Source: a bacterium (GTDB lineage: Bacteria > Chloroflexota > Dormibacteria > Aeolococcales > Aeolococcaceae). From it: a stretch of 64,000 bases of DNA. Position numbers and translations under genes: made by a program. The stretch is from assembly GCA_021803465.1 (NCBI GenBank), contig JAJZLL010000062.1:1287-65286 (forward strand). Direction: 5' to 3'. The stretch's first letter is position 1. Each line of letters opens with the position of its first letter. Shown here piece by piece: positions 1 through 8,955 of this stretch. The notes under the pieces were generated by a model. It was given only the letters and a program-made list of their open reading frames with translations. It did no database searches and had not been told where the DNA came from.

Positions 1-119
1 ATGGCGATGTGGGCCTTGAGGCGCTCATAACCTCAATGGTTGCGGAGTGTCATCAGCCGGCCTTCCACACATGAAGCAGGGAAGGGCAACAGGTGTCGGA
101 ACAGCGGGCTGAAGTTCAG

Positions 120-536
120 CTACTTCTTGGCTGCAGTCTTCGCCTTCGCAGGTGCCTTCGCTTTTGCGGGGGCCTTCTTCGCCCTTGATGCAGCTGCACG
201 GGGCGCTGCCTCGGCTGCTGCCTTCTCAGGCTCGGCATGGAGTGCAAGGATCCGCTTGTGGACCTGGGACATGAGTCTGGCCTTTCTGCGGGCCACATTG
301 TTCTTGTGGAGCACACCCTTCTCAGCAGCCTGGTCAAGCGCCTGGACAGCAGTCTTGAGCTCATTCTCGAGGGAATTCACATCGGATCCCGTAAGTGCAC
401 GGCGAGTGTGGGTGACCTTCGTTCGAACAGCGGAACGAATCGAACGGTTGCGGATTCTTTTCCGCTCGCTCACTCGAATTTGCTTTTTTGCTGATCGTGA
501 ATTTGCCACTGCCCGTTCCTCTTGTTCTCTCTTCAT
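120..536 (-). CDS. rpsT: 30S ribosomal protein S20
   Basis: N-terminus ANSRSAKKQIRVSERKRIRNRSIRSAVRTKV is the classic S20 signature. It carries an unusual Ala/Lys-rich C-terminal tail (RAKKAPAKAKAPAKAKTAAKK). Confidence 0.9.
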   Translation of the reverse strand: MKREQEERAVANSRSAKKQIRVSERKRIRNRSIRSAVRTKVTHTRRALTGSDVNSLENELKTAVQALDQAAEKGVLHKNNVARRKARLMSQVHKRILALHAEPEKAAAEAAPRAAASRAKKAPAKAKAPAKAKTAAKK

Positions 537-583
537 CCGCAGCAGTCCGCTCGGGAAATCAACTGCGATATAACTGTGTCTAT

Positions 584-1534
584 ATGCCTGATGAGTATAT
601 CAACTTGCACCGCAAGACCGTAGTGCTTGCACCGAGAGCGAAGATCAACTTGGGTCTTGGCGTGCTCGGCAAGGATACTGGTGGATGGCATGCCCTCGAT
701 TCCATCATTGCTCCCGTGTCACTCACGGACACTCTGACTGTCGCATTCACGGAATCGGAAGCATGGAGCATGGAGCTTGCAGGACCATTCGCAGAGGGCG
801 TTCCTGCGGGAGAGGGGAACCTCGTGCACCGTGCGTACCGCATGCTCCATGACAGGTATCCTGCCTGGCATGGTGGCTGCCATTGCGCACTCGAGAAACA
901 CATTCCCTTTGGTGCTGGACTTGGTGGGGGCTCATCCGATGCTGCAGCGTTTCTTGTCAGCATGGACCAGTTGCTCCAGGAGGCGGGATTCGTAGCCTCA
1001 AATGAAGCCTCCCTTCTCCAATGCGCTGCGCAGCTTGGAAGTGATGTCGTTCCCGCAACCCGTCACCAGTGGAGCAGGATCCGGGGACGGGGGACGGAAG
1101 TCGAGGATGTGGAGGGTGCGGAACTTCTTCTTGTCATGGCGTTTCTTGGTGAGAGCAGCACTCCCGAAACGTACCATGCAGTTGAACAGCAGGACTACAC
1201 ACCTGCAGTTCCAGGGCTGCTTGATGAAGTGATGGCAGCGCTTGCAGGCCACAGGAAGGGATCCAGCATCATGCCTCTCCTTGTTAATGCGCTCACACCA
1301 GCCGTGTTCAGGTCCAATGCCTCCATACGCAGGCAGCATGACCAGCTCATGCAGTCCACGCCTGGCGTGCAGTGGGTCATGTCTGGGTCGGGTGGCGCAT
1401 TCTATTCCATTGTCGACACTCCCCAGGAGCAGGAGCAGCTTGTGGCAAGAGCCCGCAATGTGTGCCGCTCTGTGTTTCCCTGCATCACCCTCCGGGGGTT
1501 CATTCCCTGCATTCCCGGACTGGAAGGGGTGTGA
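584..1534 (+). CDS. ispE: 4-diphosphocytidyl-2-C-methyl-D-erythritol kinase
   Basis: KINLGLGVLGK, GEGNLVHRA and the GHMP-kinase motif PFGAGLGGGSSDAAAFL. Start trimmed from 488 to the ATG at 584, because the upstream part overlaps the rpsT start region. Confidence 0.85.
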   Translation: MPDEYINLHRKTVVLAPRAKINLGLGVLGKDTGGWHALDSIIAPVSLTDTLTVAFTESEAWSMELAGPFAEGVPAGEGNLVHRAYRMLHDRYPAWHGGCHCALEKHIPFGAGLGGGSSDAAAFLVSMDQLLQEAGFVASNEASLLQCAAQLGSDVVPATRHQWSRIRGRGTEVEDVEGAELLLVMAFLGESSTPETYHAVEQQDYTPAVPGLLDEVMAALAGHRKGSSIMPLLVNALTPAVFRSNASIRRQHDQLMQSTPGVQWVMSGSGGAFYSIVDTPQEQEQLVARARNVCRSVFPCITLRGFIPCIPGLEGV

Positions 1535-1582
1535 TGCGATACCATCTTTCATGTACACAGCAACGGGCTTGAGGAGTACAGC

Positions 1583-2542
1583 ATGCCGAGCCGAACGAAG
1601 TCAGCTGCACCTGAAGCAGCAGCTCCTGAGACGTGTGAGCACCGCAACCCGGTACGGGGTGTGCTCTCCCACGAGTTTGGACACTACGATGGCGCAGTGG
1701 GACCAGAGGGACTGAGGCGCACTGTCACCTACTACGGACCAGTGGTCGGGGGACGGCCAATTGGAGCCTGGCACTGCGAGAATTGCGGCCTTCTCAGGCT
1801 GGATTTCCCTGATGGAAGGCATGAGGAGCGACAGCTGTGGCCAGGCCCGCAGCCGGGTCTTCTTGCAATAACATCGAGTCTTGACACTGGTCATGAGTTC
1901 GATGGGAGGCAGGGACAGGTCTCTGGACTGTCTGTGGAGGCGCCAGTAGCTGCCACTGAGCGCATTGAACGGCCAGCCTCGCGAGTGTGGCTAGGCATAT
2001 TCGAGACAGTGACATTCGTGGCGCTCGGACTACTTGTTGCTGCGCTTGCAGTGGCAGGGATTGCAGCTATGGCAGCTTACTCAACTCCACCTTTCGAGGG
2101 AACAGTGATGCAGGGGGTAGGCATCCTGGTGGGGATCATCCTTGTCACCATTATTGTGGAGGCGCTCATACGGCACTACGCCCAAGCATCGCTTGAAACG
2201 TATCGCAATGCACGCGAGGAGAAGCGTGCCAGGGAGCTTGCAAGCAGGGAACCCGTCACACCAGCTGCGAAGGAGCGTGCCACCCGTGAGACCCTTCCAT
2301 CCTGGCATTGGGTCGAGTGGACAGCAGTCCCGCTCCTTGTGGTTCTGGGAATACTGCTGCTCGTTGCGGGCATAGCGGCTGTGGTGAGCACGGCAACTCC
2401 ATCCTACGAGGGAGTGCTCATGCTCATCATTGCAGTCGATGTTGCTGCCATCGCAGTGGTGGTCATTGCTGGAGGCATCGAGGGAGTGCTGCTCAGGCGT
2501 GCACATGATGAGGCAGCGCACGACCGGAACGGGAAACGGTAG
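1583..2542 (+). CDS. hypothetical membrane protein with Cys/His-containing N-terminal domain and duplicated 2-TM unit
   Basis: GAGGAG lies 7 nt upstream of the ATG. There are four hydrophobic helices arranged as two similar units (AAMAAYSTPPFEGTVM... and AAVVSTATPSYEGVLM...). The N-terminal part contains C..H ... CENC. Confidence 0.6.
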   Translation: MPSRTKSAAPEAAAPETCEHRNPVRGVLSHEFGHYDGAVGPEGLRRTVTYYGPVVGGRPIGAWHCENCGLLRLDFPDGRHEERQLWPGPQPGLLAITSSLDTGHEFDGRQGQVSGLSVEAPVAATERIERPASRVWLGIFETVTFVALGLLVAALAVAGIAAMAAYSTPPFEGTVMQGVGILVGIILVTIIVEALIRHYAQASLETYRNAREEKRARELASREPVTPAAKERATRETLPSWHWVEWTAVPLLVVLGILLLVAGIAAVVSTATPSYEGVLMLIIAVDVAAIAVVVIAGGIEGVLLRRAHDEAAHDRNGKR

Positions 2543-2558
2543 GTCACGGTTCTCCTTC

Positions 2559-3986
2559 ATGCTCACACATCCAGAACACCAGGACATCGTCGTTGTAGGC
2601 GCCTCGGGAGACCTTGCTGCACGGAAACTCATTCCTGCGCTATACAACCTGTTTCTTGAAGGCGCATTGCCGGAGGTGTGCACCATCATCGGTGCAGCCA
2701 TCCAGGAGTGGGACCGAGAGATGTTTGTCACTCATGCCCATGATGCTGTCGCATCATTTTCGAGGACGCCTCTCGAGGAGTCCCAGTTCCGGGAATTCTC
2801 CAAGCACCTCGCGTTTGTTCCGCTCACTGAGCATGGGGGAATGGAAGCAGTCCGTGCTGCGTGCGAGGCGCCAAAACGGCTCATCTACCTCGCCATTCCG
2901 CCAGGCGCAATCGTCCCTGTTGTGCATGAACTCGAGCAGGCCAGGCTTGTCGAGGGCACTTCCCTCGTCATTGAGAAGCCCTTTGGCTTCGATCTTGCCT
3001 CCGCAAAGGAGCTGAACAGGACCATCGAGGCGGTCTTTCCCCGGGAACAGATCTACCGCATCGACCACTATCTCGGCAAGGAGACTGTGCAGAACCTTCT
3101 CGTCTTCCGATTCGGAAATGCGCTGTTCGAGCGCATCTGGAACAGGGACTCCATCCACCATGTGGAGATCACGGTTGGGGAATCTCTCGGAGTCGAACAC
3201 AGGGGCGCCTTCTACGAGAGTGTCGGTGCCCTCCGTGACATCGTCCAGAACCACCTGTTCCAGGTTGTTTCCCTTGTTGCCATGGAACCCCCCGCATCAT
3301 TCACGGCAGAGTCGATGTTCTATGAGCAGTACAAGGTGTTCCGTGCCATGGAACCGCTGGATCCTGCACGGGTCATCCGTGGCCAGTATGCGCCAGGCGT
3401 TGCAGGTGGGGAGAAGGTGCCTGGCTACCGGGAGGAGCCAGGCGTTGCCAAGGATTCCAGCACGGAGACCTACATTGCTGCAACACTCCATGTCGACACA
3501 TGGCGCTGGGCAGGAGTTCCTTTCTACATCAGGACAGGAAAGCGGCTCGCACGGCAGGACTCACGGGTCGTCATTGTGTTCAAGGATGTTCCGCTCAACG
3601 TGTTCAGGGGCACGGAGGTCGAGGAGGTGAAGAAGAACTTCGTCACCATCCGGCTGCAGCCGCATGAGGGAATCTCTCTTGCCTTCTCGGCAAAACTCCC
3701 TGGACCCTCCATCCAGATAGATCCTGTCTCCATGGACTTCTCCTACGCTCGTGCCTTCAAGGGAACTCCTCCTGAGGCGTATGAGCGGCTCCTCCATGAT
3801 GCCCTTGTCCACGACCACACACTCTTCATAGCGACAGACATTGTCGAGCGGGCTTGGGAAGTGGTACAAGGAGTCATTGACCATCCATCGCCGATCATTC
3901 CCTACCCTGCAGGGAGCTGGGGACCCGAGGAGGCGAATGCCATGATGCCGTCCGGCCACTGGCACATGGAGGAAAGTGAAGAATGA
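2559..3986 (+). CDS. zwf: glucose-6-phosphate 1-dehydrogenase
   Basis: NADP-binding VVVGASGDLAARKL and the active-site motif RIDHYLGKE. Start trimmed to the ATG at 2559, just after the stop of the upstream gene. Confidence 0.9.
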   Translation: MLTHPEHQDIVVVGASGDLAARKLIPALYNLFLEGALPEVCTIIGAAIQEWDREMFVTHAHDAVASFSRTPLEESQFREFSKHLAFVPLTEHGGMEAVRAACEAPKRLIYLAIPPGAIVPVVHELEQARLVEGTSLVIEKPFGFDLASAKELNRTIEAVFPREQIYRIDHYLGKETVQNLLVFRFGNALFERIWNRDSIHHVEITVGESLGVEHRGAFYESVGALRDIVQNHLFQVVSLVAMEPPASFTAESMFYEQYKVFRAMEPLDPARVIRGQYAPGVAGGEKVPGYREEPGVAKDSSTETYIAATLHVDTWRWAGVPFYIRTGKRLARQDSRVVIVFKDVPLNVFRGTEVEEVKKNFVTIRLQPHEGISLAFSAKLPGPSIQIDPVSMDFSYARAFKGTPPEAYERLLHDALVHDHTLFIATDIVERAWEVVQGVIDHPSPIIPYPAGSWGPEEANAMMPSGHWHMEESEE

Positions 3987-4963
3987 GTCCGTGCTTTGTT
4001 GGCATCGATCTTGGTGGCACGAACATCCGTGCTGCAGTTGCGACATCCGCCTCAACATTTGCGAACCATGTCGCAGAGCGGACACCAGCGCAGGACGGAC
4101 CTGATGCTGTGTGCGATGCCATGGCGTCCGCAGTCCGGAAGGCAGCGGACGGTGCCCCGCTCGGAGGTGTGGCAATTGGTGTTCCAGGACCGCTCAATCC
4201 AGAGACGGGAATTGTGTTCGCAGCTCCCCACCTCAAGGGTTGGACAGATGTTCCTCTCGTGAAGATGATGCAGGAACGGCTCGGCTGTCCTGTAGCCATA
4301 CAGAACGATGCGCACCTTGCTGGCTACGGAGAGTGGACTGCTGGCGCAGGAAAGGAAGCAAGGACAATGGTGTTCATCACCATCTCCACTGGTGTTGGTG
4401 GAGCACTCATCCTTGATGGAAAAATCTGGTCCGGCGTGACAGGCACTGCAGGCGAGATTGGACACACTCCCCTTGGCCCGGATGATCCACCCTGTGCCCA
4501 GGGGCATCCTGGCTGTCTTGAAGGGAGCGCCTCAGGGACAGCAATCGCGCGGAAGGGCCGTGAAGCAGTTGCGAAGGGCCTTGCAACGAAACTTCGGGAC
4601 ATCCCGACAGACGAGCTCGATGCAGAGGCAGTCGAGATGGCAGCACGTGCAGGGGATGAGGTCGCACTCCAGATATACCGGGAAGCAGCCCGCGCGCTTG
4701 GCCGCATGCTTGGGGGCATCATCAATCTCATCAACCCGAAGCTCATTGTCATTGGAGGAGGACTCATCCAGGCGCATGAGCTCATCTTCCAGCCCATGAT
4801 CGATGCAGTCTCGGAGATGGCATTCGAAGTGCCACGGAAGGACACGGAGATTGTCATTGCAGGGCTGGGAACCGATGCGGGACTTGTCGGTGCAGTAGCG
4901 TGGGCAATGCACGAATTTGGCACACTCCAGTCTTCGACGGCTGTCGCCTCCCACTCCTCTTGA
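3983..4963 (+). CDS. ROK family sugar kinase, probable glucokinase
   Basis: GIDLGGTNIRAAV ATP-binding motif and a ROK Zn-type motif GHTPLG...C..GHPGCLE. ATGA overlap with the zwf stop. Confidence 0.8.
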   Translation: MSPCFVGIDLGGTNIRAAVATSASTFANHVAERTPAQDGPDAVCDAMASAVRKAADGAPLGGVAIGVPGPLNPETGIVFAAPHLKGWTDVPLVKMMQERLGCPVAIQNDAHLAGYGEWTAGAGKEARTMVFITISTGVGGALILDGKIWSGVTGTAGEIGHTPLGPDDPPCAQGHPGCLEGSASGTAIARKGREAVAKGLATKLRDIPTDELDAEAVEMAARAGDEVALQIYREAARALGRMLGGIINLINPKLIVIGGGLIQAHELIFQPMIDAVSEMAFEVPRKDTEIVIAGLGTDAGLVGAVAWAMHEFGTLQSSTAVASHSS

Positions 4964-5023
4964 ATTAAAGATTCCCAGCGCAGCCATGTGCTGTACACTT
5001 GCGGTCATGGGAGACGATATCTG

Positions 5024-5710
5024 ATGCCGATACTCGCACGGGCACTCCTTGTGGCATGCGCATTCATGCTTGTTGCTGCATGTGTATCAGTGGTGCTCGT
5101 TCACTTCATCCGGAGGCGGGTCTGGCTCAGTGATGTGGGGCTGCACTCTCGGTTCTGGTTCTTCACCGAGACTGTCCCACTTGCGGACATCACCCAGGTC
5201 TTTGCCCTGTACAGATACTGGGATCAGGGTCAGAACAGCATAGTGCTGGGCTCGGACTGGGCAGTCTTCTACTGGTCGAAGGCAGGCATGCCGCATCAGC
5301 TGGGAAGACAGATGTTCGCAAAACGGTTCATGCACCCAGGCTCGTCTGCAGGGAAGGTGCAGGACAGATTCAGCGATGCGGATCGAACGTACCTTGCCAA
5401 GGAAGCCAACGGTGGCGACATGCTACGGAAGTATGCGGCAATAGAGCTTGAAATGATGACTATCGACCATCTGGAAGCGACACCCGCATTCCAGCTTGCA
5501 CGTGCCTTGCATGACAAGCTGCCACTTCGCCAAGGTACTGCCACACTGCCGGACTGGGCGAAAACGGAAACAGCAGGTCCATTTGGTGGGGGCATGAGTG
5601 GAAGCAGAATCCCATTCGCATACTGGTCATTTGATGGAACGGCAGGTCTCATTCCGAAGTCCGCTGCAGCACTGCAGTTCAGGAGCGTTGGTGACAGTGA
5701 TGATGACTGA
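5024..5710 (+). CDS. hypothetical membrane-anchored protein
   Basis: N-terminal TM helix (ILARALLVACAFMLVAACVSVVLV). GGGAGA lies 9 nt upstream of the ATG at 5024. No recognisable family. Confidence 0.5.
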   Translation: MPILARALLVACAFMLVAACVSVVLVHFIRRRVWLSDVGLHSRFWFFTETVPLADITQVFALYRYWDQGQNSIVLGSDWAVFYWSKAGMPHQLGRQMFAKRFMHPGSSAGKVQDRFSDADRTYLAKEANGGDMLRKYAAIELEMMTIDHLEATPAFQLARALHDKLPLRQGTATLPDWAKTETAGPFGGGMSGSRIPFAYWSFDGTAGLIPKSAAALQFRSVGDSDDD

Positions 5711-5760
5711 TCCAGGAACTCAAGCCCTGCTGCGCTTCCTGTGCACTGGAGGTAGACGAA

Positions 5761-6315
5761 ATGGCAGATGAAACGCTGCCAAGGCAGCTGCGTCCCCGCT
5801 CTCCCCGCACGAGGATGCTGGGCTATGCCCTGGGACTTGCACTCTGCTTCATTGCGGGATGCGCAATGGCAGGATACTTTGTGACAAGCTCCGTTGCTGT
5901 GGCATGGGCACGGCCATGTGCCAGGCATGAGACTTCCTGGTGCCTTGAGACTGGAAAGCATGCAGTCGTTTCAGCGGTGACACCGACCGTGAAGGCAGAT
6001 GGTGTGGAGATATCTCTCAGCTCACCTGGATTTTCCGCAACTGTGGAAGTCCAGCCCGTCCCCTATCCTTCCCCAGCACAGGGAGACCATGTCATGCTCA
6101 CGTTGTGGAATGGGACTGTGATGTCCATCATGGACCGTGGGAATGCCATCGATTCCACATTTGCTCCAGGATGGAACATCGGCTCCGTGGCGGGAACGAT
6201 CGCAGGTCTGGTGCTGGAGATGATTGCGCTCAATGTGTTCCTGGCAGTCTTTTCGCAGTACCGCATTGACCGGAAGTTCGCATCGTCATCCCGCATGGAA
6301 GGGCGCTTGGCCTGA
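5761..6315 (+). CDS. hypothetical membrane protein (N- and C-terminal TM helices)
   Basis: GGAGG lies 8 nt upstream of the ATG. TM helices sit near both ends. No recognisable family. Confidence 0.55.
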   Translation: MADETLPRQLRPRSPRTRMLGYALGLALCFIAGCAMAGYFVTSSVAVAWARPCARHETSWCLETGKHAVVSAVTPTVKADGVEISLSSPGFSATVEVQPVPYPSPAQGDHVMLTLWNGTVMSIMDRGNAIDSTFAPGWNIGSVAGTIAGLVLEMIALNVFLAVFSQYRIDRKFASSSRMEGRLA

Positions 6316-6371
6316 GCGGACTGTCTCTCTGCAGGCACGCACCTTCACATGGATGAGTCACGAGCCTACGG

Positions 6372-6941
6372 CTAGCTGTGCTGCTCCGCTCCCTGCACTG
6401 GGGAAGCTGTGAGGCGCCCTGCAAGAGCTGTTGCTCCTGCATACAGTCCGAAGAGTGCACCCGTATAGACAAGGTCACTCAGGAGTGTGTTGCGGAAGAA
6501 GGGGATGGCCATCACGTAGCACAGCATGAGTCCAGACCAGGTGTGTACATACATGCTGCTCCAGAGCCAGACAGCGAAGTTGGAGACAAGGAAGAATCCG
6601 ATGGAGCCTGCAGGAGTGATGAGCGCGAGCCTGCCAAGAGAGAAAGGTCGAAGCGTTCTGCTGCTTACTAGCGCAATGGCGACATAGCAGAGCCACACTG
6701 AGAGCATGATGGGAAGCGTGTAGAAACCGATGATCGCATCCGAGGCGACCATGGCCAGAAGCGGAATCCAGATGGCATGCCTCCGTGGAAGGACAGCGCC
6801 TCCAAAAATGGCAATGGCTGCAACAGGTGCGAAGTTTGCCGGATGAGGAAGGATGCGCATCACTGCTGCAAGAGCAACAAGCGCAAGGGCCAGTGCAACG
6901 GTGTACCGTGTCGTGGTGCGGGACATTACTGGAGCTTCCAT
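6372..6941 (-). CDS. small polytopic membrane protein (about 6 TM), candidate vitamin/cobalamin transporter component
   Basis: AAGGAG lies 8 nt upstream of the ATG at 6941. Very hydrophobic, with the N-terminal motif LPHPANFAPVAAIAIFGG. It overlaps the upstream DUF4430 gene by 16 nt and is therefore co-transcribed behind the riboswitch-like leader. Confidence 0.7.
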   Translation of the reverse strand: MEAPVMSRTTTRYTVALALALVALAAVMRILPHPANFAPVAAIAIFGGAVLPRRHAIWIPLLAMVASDAIIGFYTLPIMLSVWLCYVAIALVSSRTLRPFSLGRLALITPAGSIGFFLVSNFAVWLWSSMYVHTWSGLMLCYVMAIPFFRNTLLSDLVYTGALFGLYAGATALAGRLTASPVQGAEQHS

Positions 6942-7306
6942 GTGATTTTCTCCTTGCTTGTGGTGATCAGGTCGCTTGCACCGACAGTTGCTTCCTTGCC
7001 ATTGACATAGAGTGTCCAGTATTTGGGTCCGTTACCCACAACACCGTCAATCGATATCACCATATCACCAAATGAATAGTGCTTCGTTGTGACTGTTGCA
7101 TGCCGCTTGAGGAGGACCAGGGCATTGACACCATTCACTCCGGGATAGCTGATGGATGTGAGCTCGTGGTGGGAAGAGGTGGTCGTGACATCACTCGCTG
7201 CAGATGCAGGATGGTGCAGCAGCGAAAAGGCGATGCCTCCAGCAATGACAATGACCACGATGAGTGCAGCAACTTTGGCTGCGAGTCGCTGAGCTGTCCG
7301 GCTCAT
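6926..7306 (-). CDS. DUF4430 (transcobalamin-like beta domain) protein with N-terminal membrane anchor
   Basis: Signal-anchor AALIVVIVIAGGIAF followed by a DUF4430-like core GDMVISIDGVVGNGPKYWTLYVNGKEATVGASDLITTSKEKITWKL. Confidence 0.75.
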   Translation of the reverse strand: MSRTAQRLAAKVAALIVVIVIAGGIAFSLLHHPASAASDVTTTSSHHELTSISYPGVNGVNALVLLKRHATVTTKHYSFGDMVISIDGVVGNGPKYWTLYVNGKEATVGASDLITTSKEKITWKLQ

Positions 7307-7309
7307 GGG

Positions 7310-7510
7310 AAACCTCCGTGCCGCCGCTCTCCGTGGAGCAGGGTACCGAGGGTGAAGCCTCGCGCGGGTCCTGCTCGGGACAGTGGTGGCGAATTTGCTG
7401 CTGGGTCGGACTTCGCGAATGCGTTACCGTTGCGGCACAGTCCTGGAGTTGCACCAGGTTCCAGCGGATTGATGTTGTGGAGAAAGCGTATCAGGTCAGG
7501 AGGGGGTTGG
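7310..7510 (-). promoter_or_regulatory. probable cobalamin (B12) riboswitch in the leader of the DUF4430 operon
   Basis: The minus-strand RNA reads GGAACCUGGUGCAACUCCAGGACUGUGCCGCAACGGUAA (7462..7424). From memory, this parallels the conserved core of the E. coli btuB leader (GGGAAUCCAGUGCGAAUCUGGAGCUGACGCGCAGCGGUAA). A B12-box-like GGUACCCUGCUCC lies at 7347..7335. A GCUCCACGGAGAGC hairpin and a GGAGG RBS sit just before the ATG. Not verified with a covariance model. Confidence 0.6.
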
Positions 7511-7544
7511 GTGTGTCACCCAGCATGGTGCATGAAGCTGTTCC

Positions 7545-8660
7545 CTAGAACGCTCCGGAATGCCCGGACTGCTTCTTCGGAAGGAAGGGAACAAAGGTGA
7601 GTGCCTTCCCCACACGGCCAGCCCTGCCCGTTCGTCCAATCCTGTGGATGTACGACTCGTAGGAGTCCGGTTCATCGTAGTTGATGACGTGGCTCACATC
7701 GGGAATGTCGAGTCCACGTGCTGCGACATCAGTCGCGACAAGGACCCGGAGCCTCCCCTCTTTGAACTGGTTGAGCACCTTCTGGCGCTGCGGTTGCGTC
7801 TTGTCACCGTGGATGGAGTCCGCATGGAATCCCCGCCTCTGGAGTTCATCCGCGAGCCGCTGGACACTGCGTTTTGTGTTGGCGAAGATGAGAACCTTGT
7901 CAAAGGCGTCATCCGCAAGGTACTCCGTGAGCTTGATGAGCTTTTCCCCCTGCGACCTCGTTTCAATGCGGTCCTGCTCAATGGTCTTCGCTACCGCTGT
8001 CTGCTGCACAGAGATGATTTTTGGACTGTGCGAAAAGCGGGGAAGGAGCTCCTGGATGTCAGGTGTGATGGTGGCACTGAAGAAGATGGACTGGCGGATC
8101 TTCGGCATCTGCTCAAGCAGATATGTGACATCCTCAATGAATCCCATGTCGAGCATGCGGTCGAACTCGTCGAGCACGACAGTCGATGCCTGGCTGAGGT
8201 GCAGCGCACTGTAGTTCGCAATGAGATCCCGGAGCCTGCCAGGCGTTCCGACTATGAACTGGGGCAGCGGCTTGAGCGAGCGGAGCTGTCGCTCAATGTC
8301 CTGGCCCCCGACATAGATGCCAGTGCGGATCTGTGTTCCCTTGGTGAAGAGCACACAGTCATCACGGATCTGCTGGGCAAGCTCACGTGTTGGTGAGACG
8401 ACAAGAATGCTTCCTGTGAGCTCATGCTCTAGGATGCGGTGGATGAGTGGAAGGCAGAATGCTGCTGTTTTCCCTGTTCCCGTGTTGGCAAGTCCCACGA
8501 CATCGTGTCCCTGAAGAAGGAGTGGGATTGTTGCCTGCTGGATGGGAGTTGGCTCCACAAAGCCCCTGTCAGCAATGTTGCGTGCGAGTTGGGGATGGAA
8601 TGCGAAATGGGTGAAGTCCGCAGTTTCGCCTTCTGTTCCTGAGGGAAGCACAGTCTGCAT
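7545..8660 (-). CDS. DEAD-box ATP-dependent RNA helicase
   Basis: Q motif GFVEPTPIQ, Walker A ANTGTGKTAAF, DEFD (DEAD variant), SAT, and HRIGRTGRAG. Start chosen at the ATG at 8660 (AGGGGG 8 nt upstream). The ORF is open up to 8774, so the start is uncertain. Confidence 0.85.
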   Translation of the reverse strand: MQTVLPSGTEGETADFTHFAFHPQLARNIADRGFVEPTPIQQATIPLLLQGHDVVGLANTGTGKTAAFCLPLIHRILEHELTGSILVVSPTRELAQQIRDDCVLFTKGTQIRTGIYVGGQDIERQLRSLKPLPQFIVGTPGRLRDLIANYSALHLSQASTVVLDEFDRMLDMGFIEDVTYLLEQMPKIRQSIFFSATITPDIQELLPRFSHSPKIISVQQTAVAKTIEQDRIETRSQGEKLIKLTEYLADDAFDKVLIFANTKRSVQRLADELQRRGFHADSIHGDKTQPQRQKVLNQFKEGRLRVLVATDVAARGLDIPDVSHVINYDEPDSYESYIHRIGRTGRAGRVGKALTFVPFLPKKQSGHSGAF

Positions 8661-8955
8661 GCGCGGTGCCCCCTGGAGCAGGGGATTTGGGGTGGACATG
8701 CCCCGAATTGCAGATGATCGACGGGATGAACGGCTCCTTCCAGATGATGAGGAGCGTGGTTGCGATGTGTACATTGACCCTACCTATGCCTGCATGGAGA
8801 TGCAGGCTGCGTGTTGTTGATGAAACAGACGATCCAGCGAACAACCGCTGGAACGCTTCTTGCATTCGGGTCGTTCACGCTTGGTACATATGCTCAAGAT
8901 ATTCACAGTGTACCAATTTCCCAGGCTTTGTGCAGAATGGTGCGTTTGACGTGTT

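Noticed and set aside
1-119. Possible start of a minus-strand gene at the left edge (ATG at 28..26) and a weak hairpin downstream of rpsT
   Set aside because: Fewer than 10 codons fall inside the window, so no call is possible. The hairpin (CCTTCC...GGAAGG) is short and lacks a U-tract.
7485-7505. CAGGTCAGG string reminiscent of the SRP RNA conserved domain
   Set aside because: The similarity does not extend beyond 9 nt, and the stretch lies in the 5' part of the putative cobalamin riboswitch leader.
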